Part shown: positions 12,832 through 27,570 of the stretch, piece after piece
How the letters are laid out: each line of letters starts with the position of its first letter
Numbering within the stretch: the first letter of the stretch is position 1
Source of the DNA: Peribolospora baueri
Taxonomy: Eukaryota
Direction of reading: 5' to 3'
NCBI GenBank assembly: GCA_029717555.1
Contig: JAMDHS010000024.1
Span: 124,001-188,000 of the forward strand
Length of the DNA stretch: 64,000 nucleotides
Program-made: the position numbers and the translations under genes
The notes under the pieces: model-generated
What the model saw: only the letters and a program-made list of their open reading frames with translations
Databases searched by the model: none
What the model was told of the DNA's origin: nothing

Positions 12832-13535
12832 TTCCCTTCCCTCTCCTTTCTCTCCACCATTTTCGTCCTCCCCGAGACCACCTCTGTCCGAGGCACCAAC
12901 GTCCGACTCTACTCCCTCGCCGGCGGCCGAGCCTCCCACCGTCTTCGCACCTTACACTCTGCCGTCCGTCGTACCGCCGCCGCCGCTGGTGGTTGCTTGA
13001 CGGAGGAGCTGGGTGAGCGCGTGGAAAGCCTGGCACAGAAGGAAAGAGAGGGAAAGAGAAGGGAGAAGGCTTTGAGGGAAGAGCTTGCGGCTGTCGTTGC
13101 TCAGCAGCTTGTGGATGAGGTGGAGAAGAGCTCTGCCCAAGATGTAGGAGGAGAGGAGGGTAGCATAGAGAGAGATATGACGGCAAGTGAGTATACGCTT
13201 TTCACTCTATCATGGCAAGTACCACACTGGGCTTTTGGTCTCAAAAACGAAGGATGTGTAGACATTGAAGTAGTGCAGAATGAAAATGAGAGTGGTTTTA
13301 GGAACAGAGAGGGTGCCGCGGGGGGACGCATGAGAAGTGTGTGGACATCACGTGCCGCTGTCACGTGCCGCCATTTTCCCCGGGGGTGTGCAGCGTTTTG
13401 TGCCGTGTACCGACGCTTGCCGCATCAAATCTGACCCAGGACAGTGCGTGCCGCAGCAGACCTTCTCAGCGTTCTCTTGATCGCCTCACTTTACCTCGAG
13501 CAGCACGAAGCAATCATTCTGCCTCCCTTGCCATC

Positions 13536-14240
13536 ATGTCCCTCCCATCTCTCGTCGTTACTCGCCTCCGCGCCAGAATGGATCTCGCAGGCGCGCTCTT
13601 CACGAGCCGTTCCGCGTGCTCTGCCGCCGGCTCCGCATCTCCATCTTGCGCTATCCTTGCTCGACCTGTCGGCCAACTCCTCGCTTCGTCTTCCTTCTCT
13701 ACCACAACGTCTCCTTCCTCCGATCTTCCGCCCTCCACTTCATCAAGGCCGAGCAACCCTTCGACCGTGTCCACGACCCAAGAAACGGTGGAGCAAGTGC
13801 GATATCCTTACTTTGTACGAAGGTCACGATACGGCCAGCTACCCGTGTACTCGGAGTACAAGGGCGGCGGGAACAAGACGGTGACCATTATCAGGAAAGT
13901 GGAGGGAGACATCCAGGTGAGCGAATACATGCATTCGGACTTCACTAGTCAACGGGTGTCATTTGGTGAAGTGTAAGGCGTCGTGCTCAATTTCCGAGTG
14001 ACCTTCTTCTCCATTCCACGACACGTCGCACCTTTGTAGGCACTCAAAGCCGACCTGTTGTCCGCAATCGACCCCGAACCTTCCTCTCCACGTTCGCTTC
14101 CCACATCAAAAAGCCCCCGCGACGCACGAATCAGGAAGGCGGCTTCGCCGGTTCATATTATGCCGACTTCGAGGAACGTCGTCGTGGACGGGAATGTGGT
14201 TAAGGCGATCAAGGAGTGGCTGGCTTTGAGGGGATTCTGA
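13536..14240 (+). CDS. IMG2: Mitochondrial ribosomal protein L49/Img2; exons 13536-13916 and 14040-14240
   Basis: Arg/Ser-rich presequence, [35 protein letters not shown] and C-terminal [10 protein letters not shown]. Confidence 0.9.
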
Positions 14241-15066
14241 CGCTCTGAGATGAACGGAGGCGGAAGGTGGATGTGATGAAGGGAAAAGGGACGGGGTCTG
14301 TTTATGCGCTCGATTTGGGCGGCGTGGACCTTTTGCCTTCACCTCTTGATTTGCTAGATCAGCTTGTCTGTTCGTCCGGGCGCGACGGAGGTGGAGCGAG
14401 CTTGCACTTCTATTAAAGACGTCGAGTGCATTCTCGAGGACTCGTCGTGCTCGTATAATGTACAGTCTACTGTTGCACCCTGCAAGATCTTGGTGGAGGC
14501 GGCCACGCGATCGCATGTCCCATACTTTCAAAGCCTTCGACCCTACCCATTTTTCCTAAAAATGCAATCCAAGTCGGAAACCCCCGCGCTCACGCTAATG
14601 CTCTTCCCAGACCTCCCTTCAGCTGTAAGGAAGGCCATTTTTTTCAAACGGACGTTATTGATAATGCAATGCCAAATGCGTAGAAAGGAAGCCGAAAGAA
14701 TGCTCAAGGAGCAGAAGCGGGGTAGTGGTTAAGGCTTAATTCTAGCCTATGTCCCGCTCAAGCCCATGCGAGAAACCCGTTTTGAGGCGCTCGTGACCTA
14801 ACCGTCATCCCCATCCTTCTTCTCTTCGCCATCCAAGTTAACAGCCTCCACCAAGGCGAGAGTCAGAGCTTATGTGTCCTACAACATTGTCGTGTTCACG
14901 ACGTTGATGGCCCGCGATAAGGAGACGGACACATCCTCGAAGGATGCAAGAGCGAGGAAGAGACAGCGCCGACGTGGGCGAGAGAGGACGGACGCAGGCG
15001 TCGTCGCAAGCGCTGCTGCTGTTGGCGTTAGGAGCCCCGAACCCGATGGCGTATGCGGCGCCCTCC

Positions 15067-18000
15067 CTACCTCCCCCCCCCATTGCCTCCAGCCGACGGT
15101 GGAGGCAACCGTGGCGATCTCGGCGTTCTGGGCCTGTTCGTGGAATCAGCGCCGGGCGTGGCCACAAAGTTAGCGGAAGGGGGCGAGGGGATGGAAGGAG
15201 ACGGAAGGAGCGCAGAGTTGGGCGACTGTGGCCGATGGTGAGAACGAAGATACTGTTGTTGACGATCGAAAGGCGAAGTGGGTCGCCTGAAACCAAGCAC
15301 TCCCGAGGCAGAAGTGGCTGCGAGACTTGAGGAGGAATGATTGTGAGAGTGACCGCCGCCTCCTCCTCCGATAAGGCCGTGAGAGGAGCTGCTGTTCCGC
15401 CGGACGGTCATCGGCCAGGCACTTAGCAGCGCATAGGCATCGTCGCCGCTGGGTGAGCGTGAACGCTGGTTCTCCTGTTGTTGCTGCTGCTGGGGCGGAG
15501 GGGAGAGCGTGGGATGCGATGGCTCGTATGGAAATCCGAGCGGGGAGGAAGAAGAAGTCGAAGGGGACGAGGGATATGACGAGAACGCGGACCGTGCGAT
15601 GGAAGAGAGCTCGAACGGTGAGACAGATACGACGGTCATAGTCGCCGGCAAGGCAGTGGCGGCGGCCGCGGTTGCAAATGGAGAGTGACCGCGCTGTGGC
15701 AGAAGCGAGGGAGGCGAAGTGGGACTTGAAGGCGACGGGGAGAATGACGGCCGAGAAGTGAGAGCGACTGAGGAGGTGGTAGAAGTGACCGGGAAAGGCG
15801 AGCGCCGGATGGAGGTCGTAGAATCGTCCGTTTCCATCGTATCCTCCACGTTATCAGCCTCACCAGTAGCGGGGGTATCACCGTCCGGGTCGCGAGACAT
15901 TGGCAGCCTTCGTTTGTCGAAACTGCAGTCTACGCGCTCTCCATCAGGGTCGAACAACCCAGCTCGTCTAGCGTCGGCGCGCTCCGTCCTGCCTGCAGAA
16001 GACAGCACGTCGTGATCAGAGGTCCAGTTAGAACCGTTCGGCGAAAAGGAGACCACAGAGGCGCCAAGCTGTTGTTGACCTTTGGACGAGGCGGTTTTGG
16101 ACTTCATTGGGGTTGCAAAGCCACCACCAATGGGCACAAAAGCGGAGGAGAAAGGCGCTTCGCGAATGGGCACCGGCTTGGCCTCCTGCTGCTGATCACG
16201 CATCTCGGCGTCCACGATGCCCATCCCGTCCGCCGCGGCTCGTGGCGAGGCAGGCCTCGTGCGCGAGTCGGGGGTCCTCGTCGACTTGTGCTGCCTCTCC
16301 CACTGCTTCCACCGCTTGCGCACGCCCTCCCACTCCTCTCCCGGTCCGGAATACGGCATGTACTTCGGCTCACCAGGGCCCTCGCTCACGACCCTCAATC
16401 GCTCCGAACGGTCCGGGACACGAGCGGCAAAGACGACACGAATAGACTTGTGCAGATAGATCTTGGTCGCCGTCGCCGCGCGGCCGCCATGGTCCTTCTC
16501 CGATTCCTTGCTGGAGAGGCGCTTAGGTCGGGGCGACGTCCGCGAAGGCGACGGTGAAGCAGCGCGCGAGCGAGGGCGAGGCCGATGCCGTACCGTCTTC
16601 GCGAGCGTCTGTGTATGCGAAGGGTTGAGCTCGTCCTCTTCAGCGTCCTCCAGTTCGAGGTCAAACGGCGGGTCCTCTACGCCCTGGCGGCCCAGGCTCT
16701 CGGTCAACCTATCCCTCCCGGCGAAGCCATCGACATTGGCACTCGTCGAACTTTTGCCTGACGCCTGCCCTCTCTCTCTTTTCTCCTTGGAGGGAGTTGG
16801 CGATGGGGGAGCGCAAAATTGCAGATGCACGGCGTACCGGAGCGCCTCCTTGACGTGGCCGCTCTTTGCTCCGTCGGATCTCCCGTGCGGACTCGTCGGC
16901 GTAATCTCCTCTCCGACCTTCGGAACAGTGGTGTAGCTCTTCTGGCGTAAAAACGTCTTGGTCCCTGGGGCCATGTCAGTGAGGTCGTAAGGAACGAGAA
17001 AAAGCTTGACGGCCGTATGGTTGGGGTTCTTGATCACCAGTTGAATCTGTCCCTTTGGCGGCACGCGGTAACCGGGAAATGCCGGGGGGGCCTTCTCCTT
17101 GCCCTTGCCCTTGCTGGCCACTTCGGCGACTCCACTCGTGCTCTTGAGATCGTCATGTGGCGGGAACGTCGCCTGGGCCTGTATACCTTCCACGTCGCTC
17201 TCATCGGACGTCCGAAGCCGCTCCATCTCGGCCGCCATCGCCTCGTCGAAGTACCATTGCTCGACGTCTATGGCCCCAACGTAGGGACTCCCAATGCCCT
17301 TGCCAGGGGTGCCGTCACCCGATGTCGCCCCCGCACCCTTCTCCAGCTCGTAGAAGTGAGCGGGGAAAGTCAAGTTGAGGTGGGGCGGACACTTGAGCGA
17401 GGGCTTGCAATTTCCCAGTCCCAATACGCCCAACTCGGCGTCGAAGAGGAGCGGCTTGGATGGGTAAGTGCTCATGCGGCCCGAGAGCAATGATGCCTCG
17501 TACGAGCCGATGAGTGGCGCGAAAGGGTTCACCGAGGGCGAGGTTCCGGCCGTCCCATAACCGGGGCTTGCGGTACCGCTCATCGAGCCGAAAAGGGGGC
17601 CCGCTGAACGACGACGGGTGGAGCGAGAGAGAGAGTAAGAAGACGAAGGCGAAAAGCCAGTGGAAACGCTGCCACCCAAAAGGGAGGGCGGAGGCGAGGA
17701 GGGCGCATAGAGATGGGAAGACGCGGCGCCGAAGTTGGGGGAACGACGAATGGATGAAGGAGAGTGAGGGTCTTGGCGAGGGAACGGCGAAGAGGCTGAG
17801 CGGTTACCAGAGACGTTGCCTTTGACCGCTCCGCTCAACGGGCTGCTAGGTCCTGGTACGGCTGGGGTGAATAAGGGGAAACTGCCGTGGCTGAGATGTT
17901 TCCTGTGTCGCATAGAAGAGCCGGGACCTATGTCACCATCGCTATCCAAGGTGGTCTGAGCACCGGCCGAGGTGGACAGCGGAGACGATCTTCTAGGTGA

Positions 18001-18084
18001 AGACAAGAAGACGTCAGAGCTCGTGTTCATGTGTCCCTCTATTCCCCGGTGCGCCACCTGGCTCGAGGGCTGCTCGGCAACCAT
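15067..18084 (-). CDS. Atos/FAM214-like protein (DUF4210 + Chromosome_seg domains), ~1005 aa; start uncertain
   Basis: Contains GSYEASLLSGRMS...FDAELGVLG...CPPHLNLTFPAHFY, GYRVPPKGQIQLVIKNPNHTAVKLFLVPYDLTDM...TFLRQK, LRYAVHLQF and IYLHKSIRVVF. Confidence 0.85.
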   Translation of the reverse strand: MVAEQPSSQVAHRGIEGHMNTSSDVFLSSPRRSSPLSTSAGAQTTLDSDGDIGPGSSMRHRKHLSHGSFPLFTPAVPGPSSPLSGAVKGNVSGNRSASSPFPRQDPHSPSSIRRSPNFGAASSHLYAPSSPPPSLLGGSVSTGFSPSSSYSLSRSTRRRSAGPLFGSMSGTASPGYGTAGTSPSVNPFAPLIGSYEASLLSGRMSTYPSKPLLFDAELGVLGLGNCKPSLKCPPHLNLTFPAHFYELEKGAGATSGDGTPGKGIGSPYVGAIDVEQWYFDEAMAAEMERLRTSDESDVEGIQAQATFPPHDDLKSTSGVAEVASKGKGKEKAPPAFPGYRVPPKGQIQLVIKNPNHTAVKLFLVPYDLTDMAPGTKTFLRQKSYTTVPKVGEEITPTSPHGRSDGAKSGHVKEALRYAVHLQFCAPPSPTPSKEKRERGQASGKSSTSANVDGFAGRDRLTESLGRQGVEDPPFDLELEDAEEDELNPSHTQTLAKTVRHRPRPRSRAASPSPSRTSPRPKRLSSKESEKDHGGRAATATKIYLHKSIRVVFAARVPDRSERLRVVSEGPGEPKYMPYSGPGEEWEGVRKRWKQWERQHKSTRTPDSRTRPASPRAAADGMGIVDAEMRDQQQEAKPVPIREAPFSSAFVPIGGGFATPMKSKTASSKGQQQLGASVVSFSPNGSNWTSDHDVLSSAGRTERADARRAGLFDPDGERVDCSFDKRRLPMSRDPDGDTPATGEADNVEDTMETDDSTTSIRRSPFPVTSTTSSVALTSRPSFSPSPSSPTSPPSLLPQRGHSPFATAAAATALPATMTVVSVSPFELSSIARSAFSSYPSSPSTSSSSPLGFPYEPSHPTLSPPPQQQQQQENQRSRSPSGDDAYALLSAWPMTVRRNSSSSHGLIGGGGGGHSHNHSSSSLAATSASGVLGFRRPTSPFDRQQQYLRSHHRPQSPNSALLPSPSIPSPPSANFVATPGADSTNRPRTPRSPRLPPPSAGGNGGGR

Positions 18085-20188
18085 GGGTGCCGTCGCTTCG
18101 TCGGAGGCGACTGCTGATCTGCTGAGAGGTGAAGAAGGGTAGGCGAGTCCTGAAGGCGGCGACGGACGAGTGAGCGGAGTGCACCGTGCCAAGCCAGTCC
18201 CATGCGGTCGGGTCAGTTATCTCCCGCCTCTCACCTCGCGTCATCCTCGTCTTTTTCGCCCTCCAAAGCCGGACCTCCTGAAAGTGATGAAACTGAGAGG
18301 CACCCTGCTGCTCTCCGTTCCTATCAACGAGAGGGGCAGGCATACATGAAGAGCGCAGGTTGATCTAATGGTCGTCCAGTCCGTCGGCTGTCGAGATTGG
18401 CCGAGGAAAGTACGGCGCAGACCCTCGGGGACCTGGCTGTCTAGGGTGAGTTGGCTGCCCGATCGACGGTCGAAAAGGGGGGCGGGAGGGTGGTGAACCA
18501 AGGCGAGACAAGAGCCGTAGCGGCGAGCAATGCTACCGTACTGCCAGGCCACAGAAGGCACCGAGTAGGAAGCGCAGAAAGAATGGAGGTGGGGAGAAGG
18601 GGAAACCGGGTGGAAGGATTGGACTCCTACTTGCCGCCATTACCCAACCAAGTCACTTCCCTCCGACCGGCCGCAGCCCAAAAGTTTGCGGAGAGGTCGC
18701 CGCGCTAAATCAGCACTCGCAGCTGCCGCAGCCCCCGAGGACGCCAGAAGTGGTCCGCACGACCGTCGTCTTAACCAAGTCCTTGGGCTGCCGGCACTCT
18801 TTTCTCGTCGACCTTCTCTTTCCCTGCGTTGCTTTCTCCTCCGAGGCTCGAGCAACTTGACTTGGCGCTCCTCAGGATTTGCCCTGTTCACTTTCCTCCA
18901 CACCGGGTATCATTTCTTTCGATTCATAACTGTCCATCGGGTCAAACCATCGCCTACAGAGCGCGCGCCAGGCTCCCCAGTTCGTGAAATCGAAGCGACC
19001 GCGAACGAAGAACGCAAAAAAAAAAATGCCCCATTCGTGAAACAAAAAGCTCAAGCTCAGGTAGAATCTGAACGAAAAACGCAGGATTGAAGTTGGCGTG
19101 GACGACCGGGGTATGGGGCTGAAAAGGCCCTTCGATACGCCGTCGGACCCGTGGTGAGGGAAGGGTCAGCAAGGACAGAGCCAGGTCACCAGATGGACTC
19201 GCTCCGGCATCTTGAGGGATACCTGCGTAGTGCAAACGAGAGGGCGCATCATATGAGACAGGCGGTAGGGAAGGATCTGGCGCGACGAAGACTCACCGCA
19301 CATGAAGCCACGTGAGACTCGTGAAAAGGGCTGGAACGCCTTCATGAGCGTGCGACTGGGGACATCCGCTGAATCCTTTCCCGGTAGAGGCAAACAGAAA
19401 CGGTCCATTCCCGGTCATTCTCTCTGGGAAGGAGAGAAGGGGCCACGAACAGGATGTAGAGGTGTGCGGAAGCGGTCGATGAGTCACTCACGTCAGACCC
19501 CGAGCGCTAACGGGGGCGCCTGCGATCGCCTCGGAAAGGTGTGTGTCTGGATTGAGTAGGGAGCGCTCATAATAGGCAGTCGCGCCCCTACCGACGAGGA
19601 TCCTGAAGTGAAGCGATCGTCCGTAAGTCGCGATTCCTTCGAAAACAGTTCGCTTCTCACTCACCGGCACGGACCCTTTGGGTGCCAGCGGCGCAGGCGG
19701 TCGGGGCAGCCGGAATGGGGGCGATAGGGAGCAAAAACAACAAGACGGCGCGGTGACGCGGTGACGAAGACGTGCGCGATGGAAGACGGAGTTCATTCCT
19801 TCCCGCTCGCGCTCGTCGCACCAGGCCACCGGACGCGATCAAGTAAGGAGATTGGATCGACACACAAGGTCCGTGGCCGGCAAAGAGTGTATGAAGCGAA
19901 AACCATGGTCGACGCAAGGACGCAAAGCTGAGCGGAGAGAATGGAACAAGAGGACGAAGGAAAATACGTTGGCAACGCAGCTTGCAAGTGTTGAAATACA
20001 TACGGGGCTTCCCGTTTCCCGCCAATGGTATATGATAGCCTCCCTGGCCTTGCCTTGCCGCGGACACTCACCTGCCCACCCGGCCATTTGCAATGCCTCG
20101 TCCGCCGACCCTCCAAACCTCCATCAAGGCAGACTCTACCCTACCCCACCCCTCTTTCCCTCCCATCACTCACTTGCTCGCTCCCCAC

Positions 20189-22092
20189 TCAATACCCTCC
20201 TCCGTATTCCAACTTTGGCAACTGTGGTGGTCCTCGACCCATATTGCCAGTCTCATACGCAGAGCTAGGGTAGCCGGTCGGCACGGTCTCAAACAGCGGT
20301 GGCGCCCCGGCGGGAGCGGGAGGCTGAATCGATTGCGGTTGTGATGGAGACGGTTGTGTGGCTCCGGGAGATGGCCCGCTCGGATAGAGCTGTCGTCGGA
20401 TATCAGCGTACGGGTCCGTCACCGGTGGGCGGGTGCTGTCCATGAAGAAGAAGGAAAGGTAGAAGCAATCCGAAAATGCACCTCTTAGCGACTGTCGAGC
20501 TAACGGATACGAATGGTCACGGTCGTTGCACTCACACGCTCCCCACCCCGTACCCGCTCGGCGCAGCGTCGCTGAATGCCCCGTATGCGTCCATGCTCGG
20601 CCTTGGGGCGGCGGCGGCGGCGGCGCCGTCAGCAAACGGATCCTGTGATATCCGCCGGCCATACTTCCGTTCCAGAGCAGCCAATGCATCCTCTTCTGCC
20701 CCATAGACACCTCCACCGCCCGCTTCTACCCCATAGACACCTCCGCCACCCGCCGGTCTGTATCTTGCCGCGCCGTATGGGACTGGGGTCGAGCCCTGAG
20801 CGGGTCCAGGCCCGGGTGCAGCATGAGGAGGTCGGCCCACCGGCTCTCTCAAATCCGCCGGTTCGGGCGCGGGCATCGAAACAGGGTTAGGATCTCCACC
20901 CTCTGCGTCGCCGGAATAGCCCAAGCCGCCTTCTCCGTAGGCCTTGCTGGACCTCGGACCACCTTCAGCGCCGCTGCGCCTCGAATACGGATCCGCATCG
21001 TCTCCCTCCTCCCACTCCTCGCCTGTTCGGACGGGGGCGAACGCGCTGGCGTTGCTGGGAGCACGGAAGGGTGGGATTCGCGGGCCCTGCTTGCGCGTGC
21101 GGAAGTGGTCGCGGAGGAAGAAGGCAGAAAGGATGAGGGAGGCGATGAGGGCGAACCAGAAAAAGGCTGAAAGTGCGCGTTTGTCCCTGCAAAAGTCTGG
21201 AAGCGCGTTCTTGAAGTTGTCCCCGATCGAAGCGTGAGGGTCCTTCGAGGCATCTTTGCACCCGGGTGACGTGAAGGCCGAAATGGTATTGGCCATGCTG
21301 TTCATGTTTTGCCGACAAGACGAGAGACAGAAAGACGGTGGCGCAGAATGTTGATAAAAAGCATCAGTTTCGTCGGTTCACGCTCTAACAGGCCTCGGCA
21401 AGGACAGTCCCGAGGGAGGCAGAGGCACTCACGCAGCGATCAACAGCAATGCGACGCTGATGCCATGGCTCAGAAAACCGACCCTGGCCTCGCCAAGGGC
21501 CCTATTGAGGCCCTTCAGTCGCTTAAAGTCTGTACGCTCGTAAATGACTGGCACAGCGAGGGAGAATGCGGAATGTAGGATGGACACGATGACGACGAAG
21601 AGGCCAAAGCCGGTTAGACCGGATGGCCCAACACCCCAGTGGGTTTGGAAGACGGCGATGGCGATCAGAACGAACAGCGCAATGAGGACGAAGAATATCT
21701 AAAGGTAAGAGCGTCCACGTATTGATGAGAAAAAGGGGGCCATCATGAGCGCAGGAAAGAAAAGCGACACGTCTGAAAAGCGACGTTCCGTCTCAAACGC
21801 TCATCAGCGCTACCACACTCACTTGTGCTATCCTCGTCCAGAACTCCCAGATACCCATCGCCTCCTCCTCCTCAAAAGACCCGGCCCCACCACCGCCGAG
21901 CGTGGGGCCCCAGCGATTCAAGAACCCGCTCCCAGCATGGCCTGCGGTGTGACCGCCTCCTCCACCAGTTTCGTAGTCGCCTGGTCCGTTTGGGTCATAA
22001 CCGATGCCGGCCGAAGTGGCTCGCGCGGGCGGCCCGGAGGGTACACCGTAGGCCTTTTTGACGAGCCGGCCAATTGAGGTGAAATCTACCAT
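20189..22092 (-). CDS. Four-TM MARVEL-like membrane protein with a long Gly/Pro/Tyr-rich cytoplasmic tail; 4 exons
   Basis: Spliced hydrophobic segments (IFFVLIALFVLIAIAVF; GFGLFVVIVSILHSAFSLAVPVIY; C...DFCRDKRALSAFFWFAL). GTGAGT donors near 21820, 21430 and 20535. Confidence 0.7.
20701..20754. repeat. 30-bp tandem duplication inside the coding tail (GGGGVYG x2)
   Basis: ccatagacacctccaccgcccgc and ccatagacacctccgccacccgc with period 30. Confidence 0.75.
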
Positions 22093-22860
22093 GTGGCGAG
22101 GGGACTGCGGTATGTACCGTACAGAGTGGATGGTAGTTCAAGCTCGGTCGTTTTACGACGATGCCCACCCGCTCGTGCGCGTCTCGCCGGGGCGGTGTTG
22201 ACGCGAGATAGCGAGAAATAGGGGAGGCGACACGTGACGCGTCTCTACGCACCGCGCTGCCGTGTAGAGTCTACTCGGAGCTATGAGGACGCGGAGGGCC
22301 GGGCCGAGAGGGACCGTGCGGGGACATGTCCGCGTCCTGTTTGCGTCCTACACCGTCTCCTCGTCGTCCGATGCGTCCACCATCGATCCCGCTATCACGT
22401 TCGTGGCTCGACTCTTGAACCCGACGCTCGGGACTTGCACTCCGATGGCAGGGGAGAACCGTTTTCTACTAGGTCATCATTCAGCGCCTAAGCCGTCCGT
22501 CCGTTCCTGGCTTCCTTCTCCTTCACTCTCGCTCTTGACGGCAGACGGAAGCATGTGCATGACAGAGCCAAAAACCGAAAGAAAGGGGGGATTGGCTAAA
22601 CGGAGGATGAAAGGGAGAGCGGCGGTCTTCGAGGACTTAAAAAGTCGTCAACTCGACATTCTGACTTCCTGTCCGTGCTCCCGAAGAAATGGGACAACAA
22701 CGGGGGCACTCGCGTTCGGGCTAAATGCCGCACCCGGATGCAACCTTTGCACTGCGAAGAGCGGTCCACCGGATATCCCAATCCGCAAAGTGTAAGAGAC
22801 GTAGTCGGTACAAAGCCGGAGATATCCTCCTCCATCGCGATCTATCGATGCACATGTGCC

Positions 22861-24735
22861 TCAAGCCTCATCAGCAAGAACGCTCCACTCGTGCGGGATC
22901 TTGCCCAACTGGATGCCAGTGATCTGGTCCAACATGGCCTTGGCGATCATGCCGAGACCGTCCTCCCCAATGGGGACCTTGATGTCCTTGCCCATATATC
23001 CGATCCTCTCGATCGGGCTCACGATCGCGGCCGTACCGGCGCCGAAAGCCTCCACGAGCTTGCCCTGCTCGGCAGCGGCAACGAGCTCGGGCATGGTGAC
23101 GTTTCGCTCGGAGACCTTCAAGGAGGCGGGAAGGGAGGCGAGGCGGGAGGCGCCGGTGGAGTGGGAGCGGGCGAGAGAGAGGATCGAGTCGCGCGTCACG
23201 CCGGGGAGGATAGTATCTCCAAGGGGCGGCGTGATCAGCTCGAGCGCTGAAAGGAGACGGAGACGAACGCGTTCGTCAGTAGCTAGCCCTCGCCTCAAGC
23301 AAAGAAAATGAAAGCTAACGAAACGTCCACTCACAACCCTCGTTCTCAATCACGACAAACAGATTCATGGTGCCGACCTCGGTGACCTTGTGATCCTCCC
23401 CGAGGAGCCAAAGAATCTGCTGGTAGCCGGACTTGGCAGCCTCGAGCTGAGGGAGCACGCCGGGAGCGTAGTTGGCGCCGAGCTTGTAAGAACCCGTACC
23501 GCCGGGCCATGCTCGGACGTATTCAGTCGAGGCAAGAAGCGAGACGGGCTTGAAGCCCGTTCGGTAGTAGGGGCCGACGGGGCTATGGGGCGGCCAAGGC
23601 GAAGGCAAAAAGCGACGCGGAGCGTCCTTCAGATTAGCCGTGTTTCTTCCTCGACGATTTGCTCAAGCACCAGATACGCACCAAGTGAGGACGAAGAGCA
23701 GCGCATCAGAAGAAGGTCCAACACCGAGGGCAGACTGCGTGCCGATGAGAGTGGGACGGATGTAGAGCGAATGTCCGGGTTCGGAAGGAATCCAACGCGA
23801 GTCGAGAGTGACGAGTTTCTTGATCATCTTGACCAGTTGCTCTCCGTCAAAGGTCTAATCGAGATGGGGATAGGAGAGCCAGTCAGCCCAATATGCGTGA
23901 AGAGGTAGCGAGTCAAAACACAAAATGTCTCACCGGCAAAGCGATTCTAGCAGCGGTCCTGTTCATCCGCTTCATGTTCATATCAGGCCTGAAGAGGCGC
24001 ACTCTCCCTTCAGTATCCTTGTACGCTTTGAGGCCTTCAAAGAGCGTAGGCGCGTAATGGAAGACCACCGCCGAGGGGTCGAGCTTGAGCGGACCGTAGG
24101 GATGGATGTGCGGGGCTGCCCATCCTGTCTGTGTGATAGAAAGCAGGAGAGAAAGAAAAAAAGAGCGAAGGGACGCGTTCGTAGTCATTCCTAATCAATG
24201 ACTTATGCTAAGCGCAGGCTCAGCCAACCCAACTCGTCATATGCTACTCACGGTGGAGTTCCATGGAATGGCTGATTTCGTCGAAACAGAGCCGGGAAAC
24301 GCGGTAAGCGACGATATTCCGACGGAGTACGTCGAGCCTCTTTCCCATACGTATGGTCTCACTCACAGAGCATGTGATCGCTGAATTGGGAGCCGAAGAC
24401 GAGCTGGGCGGAGGGAGGAATCTCCTTGGGCGCCGCCGTCTTCGTCACCGCGAGTGCGGAAGCCTACAAGTCGGAGGGATGGAAAGGACGTTGAGCCAAA
24501 CGGCATCGTTTGCACGCATCGTGCAAGTCCCCAGTATCGCCGCTTCGCCTCGGTTGAAATGTAAGGTTACGGAAACGAGCGCACGTCCACTTACGTCAAG
24601 ATCGCGAAGCCCGATGGGCTCGCCGGTCATGAGGTCCGCCTTGACGGCCGTGGTGTAAGGGCGGAGAGCCGGAGTGAGGATCCGGCGAGCGCCCAGCTGA
24701 GAGCCGAGAAGATGCCGTCGAGCGAGGGAAGCCAT
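22861..24735 (-). CDS. BAT1: Branched-chain amino acid aminotransferase, mitochondrial-type; multi-exon
   Basis: Presequence [18 protein letters not shown], then [44 protein letters not shown] (PLP Lys), [16 protein letters not shown] and EAFGAGTAA. Confidence 0.95.
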
Positions 24736-24846
24736 GGTAAGGTCGCGGAGGAGATAGTGATTCGAGGAGAATGGTAGGACGACTGGAACGTCCGAACGAC
24801 CGGGACTGCCGACGTCGAGTCGAAGGTTCCGACTGCGGCATTGACT

Positions 24847-24854
24847 TGACTCGA
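24847..24854 (+). promoter_or_regulatory. TGACTC(GA) Gcn4/CpcA-like element upstream of BAT1
   Basis: tgactcga lies 112 bp upstream of the BAT1 ATG; the same 8-mer is upstream of ILV5. Confidence 0.4.
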
Positions 24855-25478
24855 CATTTCACCAGTCCCTTACCGCAGTCACGGTGTGTGTAGACAATGC
24901 GAGGCCGACGGACCGCATAATCCCGTTCGTCGGAAACTGGAGATGGGTGCCAATCGGGGTGGATGTTTGAGCCAGCGCTAACACGGATAGACATATGTAC
25001 ACGCATTATATATGAAAGGCGTGCGGACGTCGGGCGGCCCTTCCTATCGTGCTCACGACGGTAGAGGTGGTAGGCTCGTAACTGCATTGCTGCGCCGACT
25101 TTCCCGCACGCCTCGCCTTCGATCCAACATCCGACGTCACGTCGTGATTCGATTTCTCACCATTCTCCGCTTGTTCGATTCGTCCGGCTAGGCAGATGAG
25201 TACAGCGAGGTAGACGGGCACATAGACGGCAAAGCAAATGAACAAGAAGAGAGGGATAGAAGGTCGCCGCTGGAGCATGCGTACCGAAGGGATGGAAAGA
25301 GGGACAGCGGGAAAGGAAGGTTGGATGGGAAGGCGGTGGTCGTGTGCCTTCCCTTTTTAATCTGGGGAGGCGGGCAAGAAGGAGTTGTCATCGGCGAGAC
25401 AACCCGGATAGCGAGACCGGGTCCGGAGAGTCCCGCGAACAAGGCGATGGGAGACGAAATGAATCGCTCTCGCCTCGC

Positions 25479-27325
<1,847 letters not shown>

Positions 27326-27441
27326 GGCGATGGGGATAAGAGGAAGGGGTGGAAGGGGCGACTTAGGTAAAAAGACTGAATGGTTGAAGGTGGAGGCGAG
27401 AAGAAGAAGCCAATCAAGGAATGATTCCTTCTCGCCCTCCT

Positions 27442-27449
27442 TCGAGTCA
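27442..27449 (-). promoter_or_regulatory. TGACTC(GA) Gcn4/CpcA-like element upstream of ILV5
   Basis: Plus strand reads tcgagtca, 117 bp upstream of the ILV5 ATG. Confidence 0.4.
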
Positions 27450-27560
27450 GAGCAAGCCAAGATCTTCCCTGCTAGCCTGCCGCAGCAAGAAGATTGAAAG
27501 ATTTCAACCCTGACGTGCCGGCCAAAAAAATGGGCCGCCGCGCCGGCACGACCTCCATCC

Positions 27561-27570
27561 CCGCAACCGG
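27561..27570. promoter_or_regulatory. CCG-N4-CGG Leu3-like everted repeat upstream of ILV5
   Basis: ccgcaaccgg about 240 bp upstream of ILV5 matches the Leu3/LeuB consensus, but the motif is short and the DNA is GC-rich. Confidence 0.3.
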
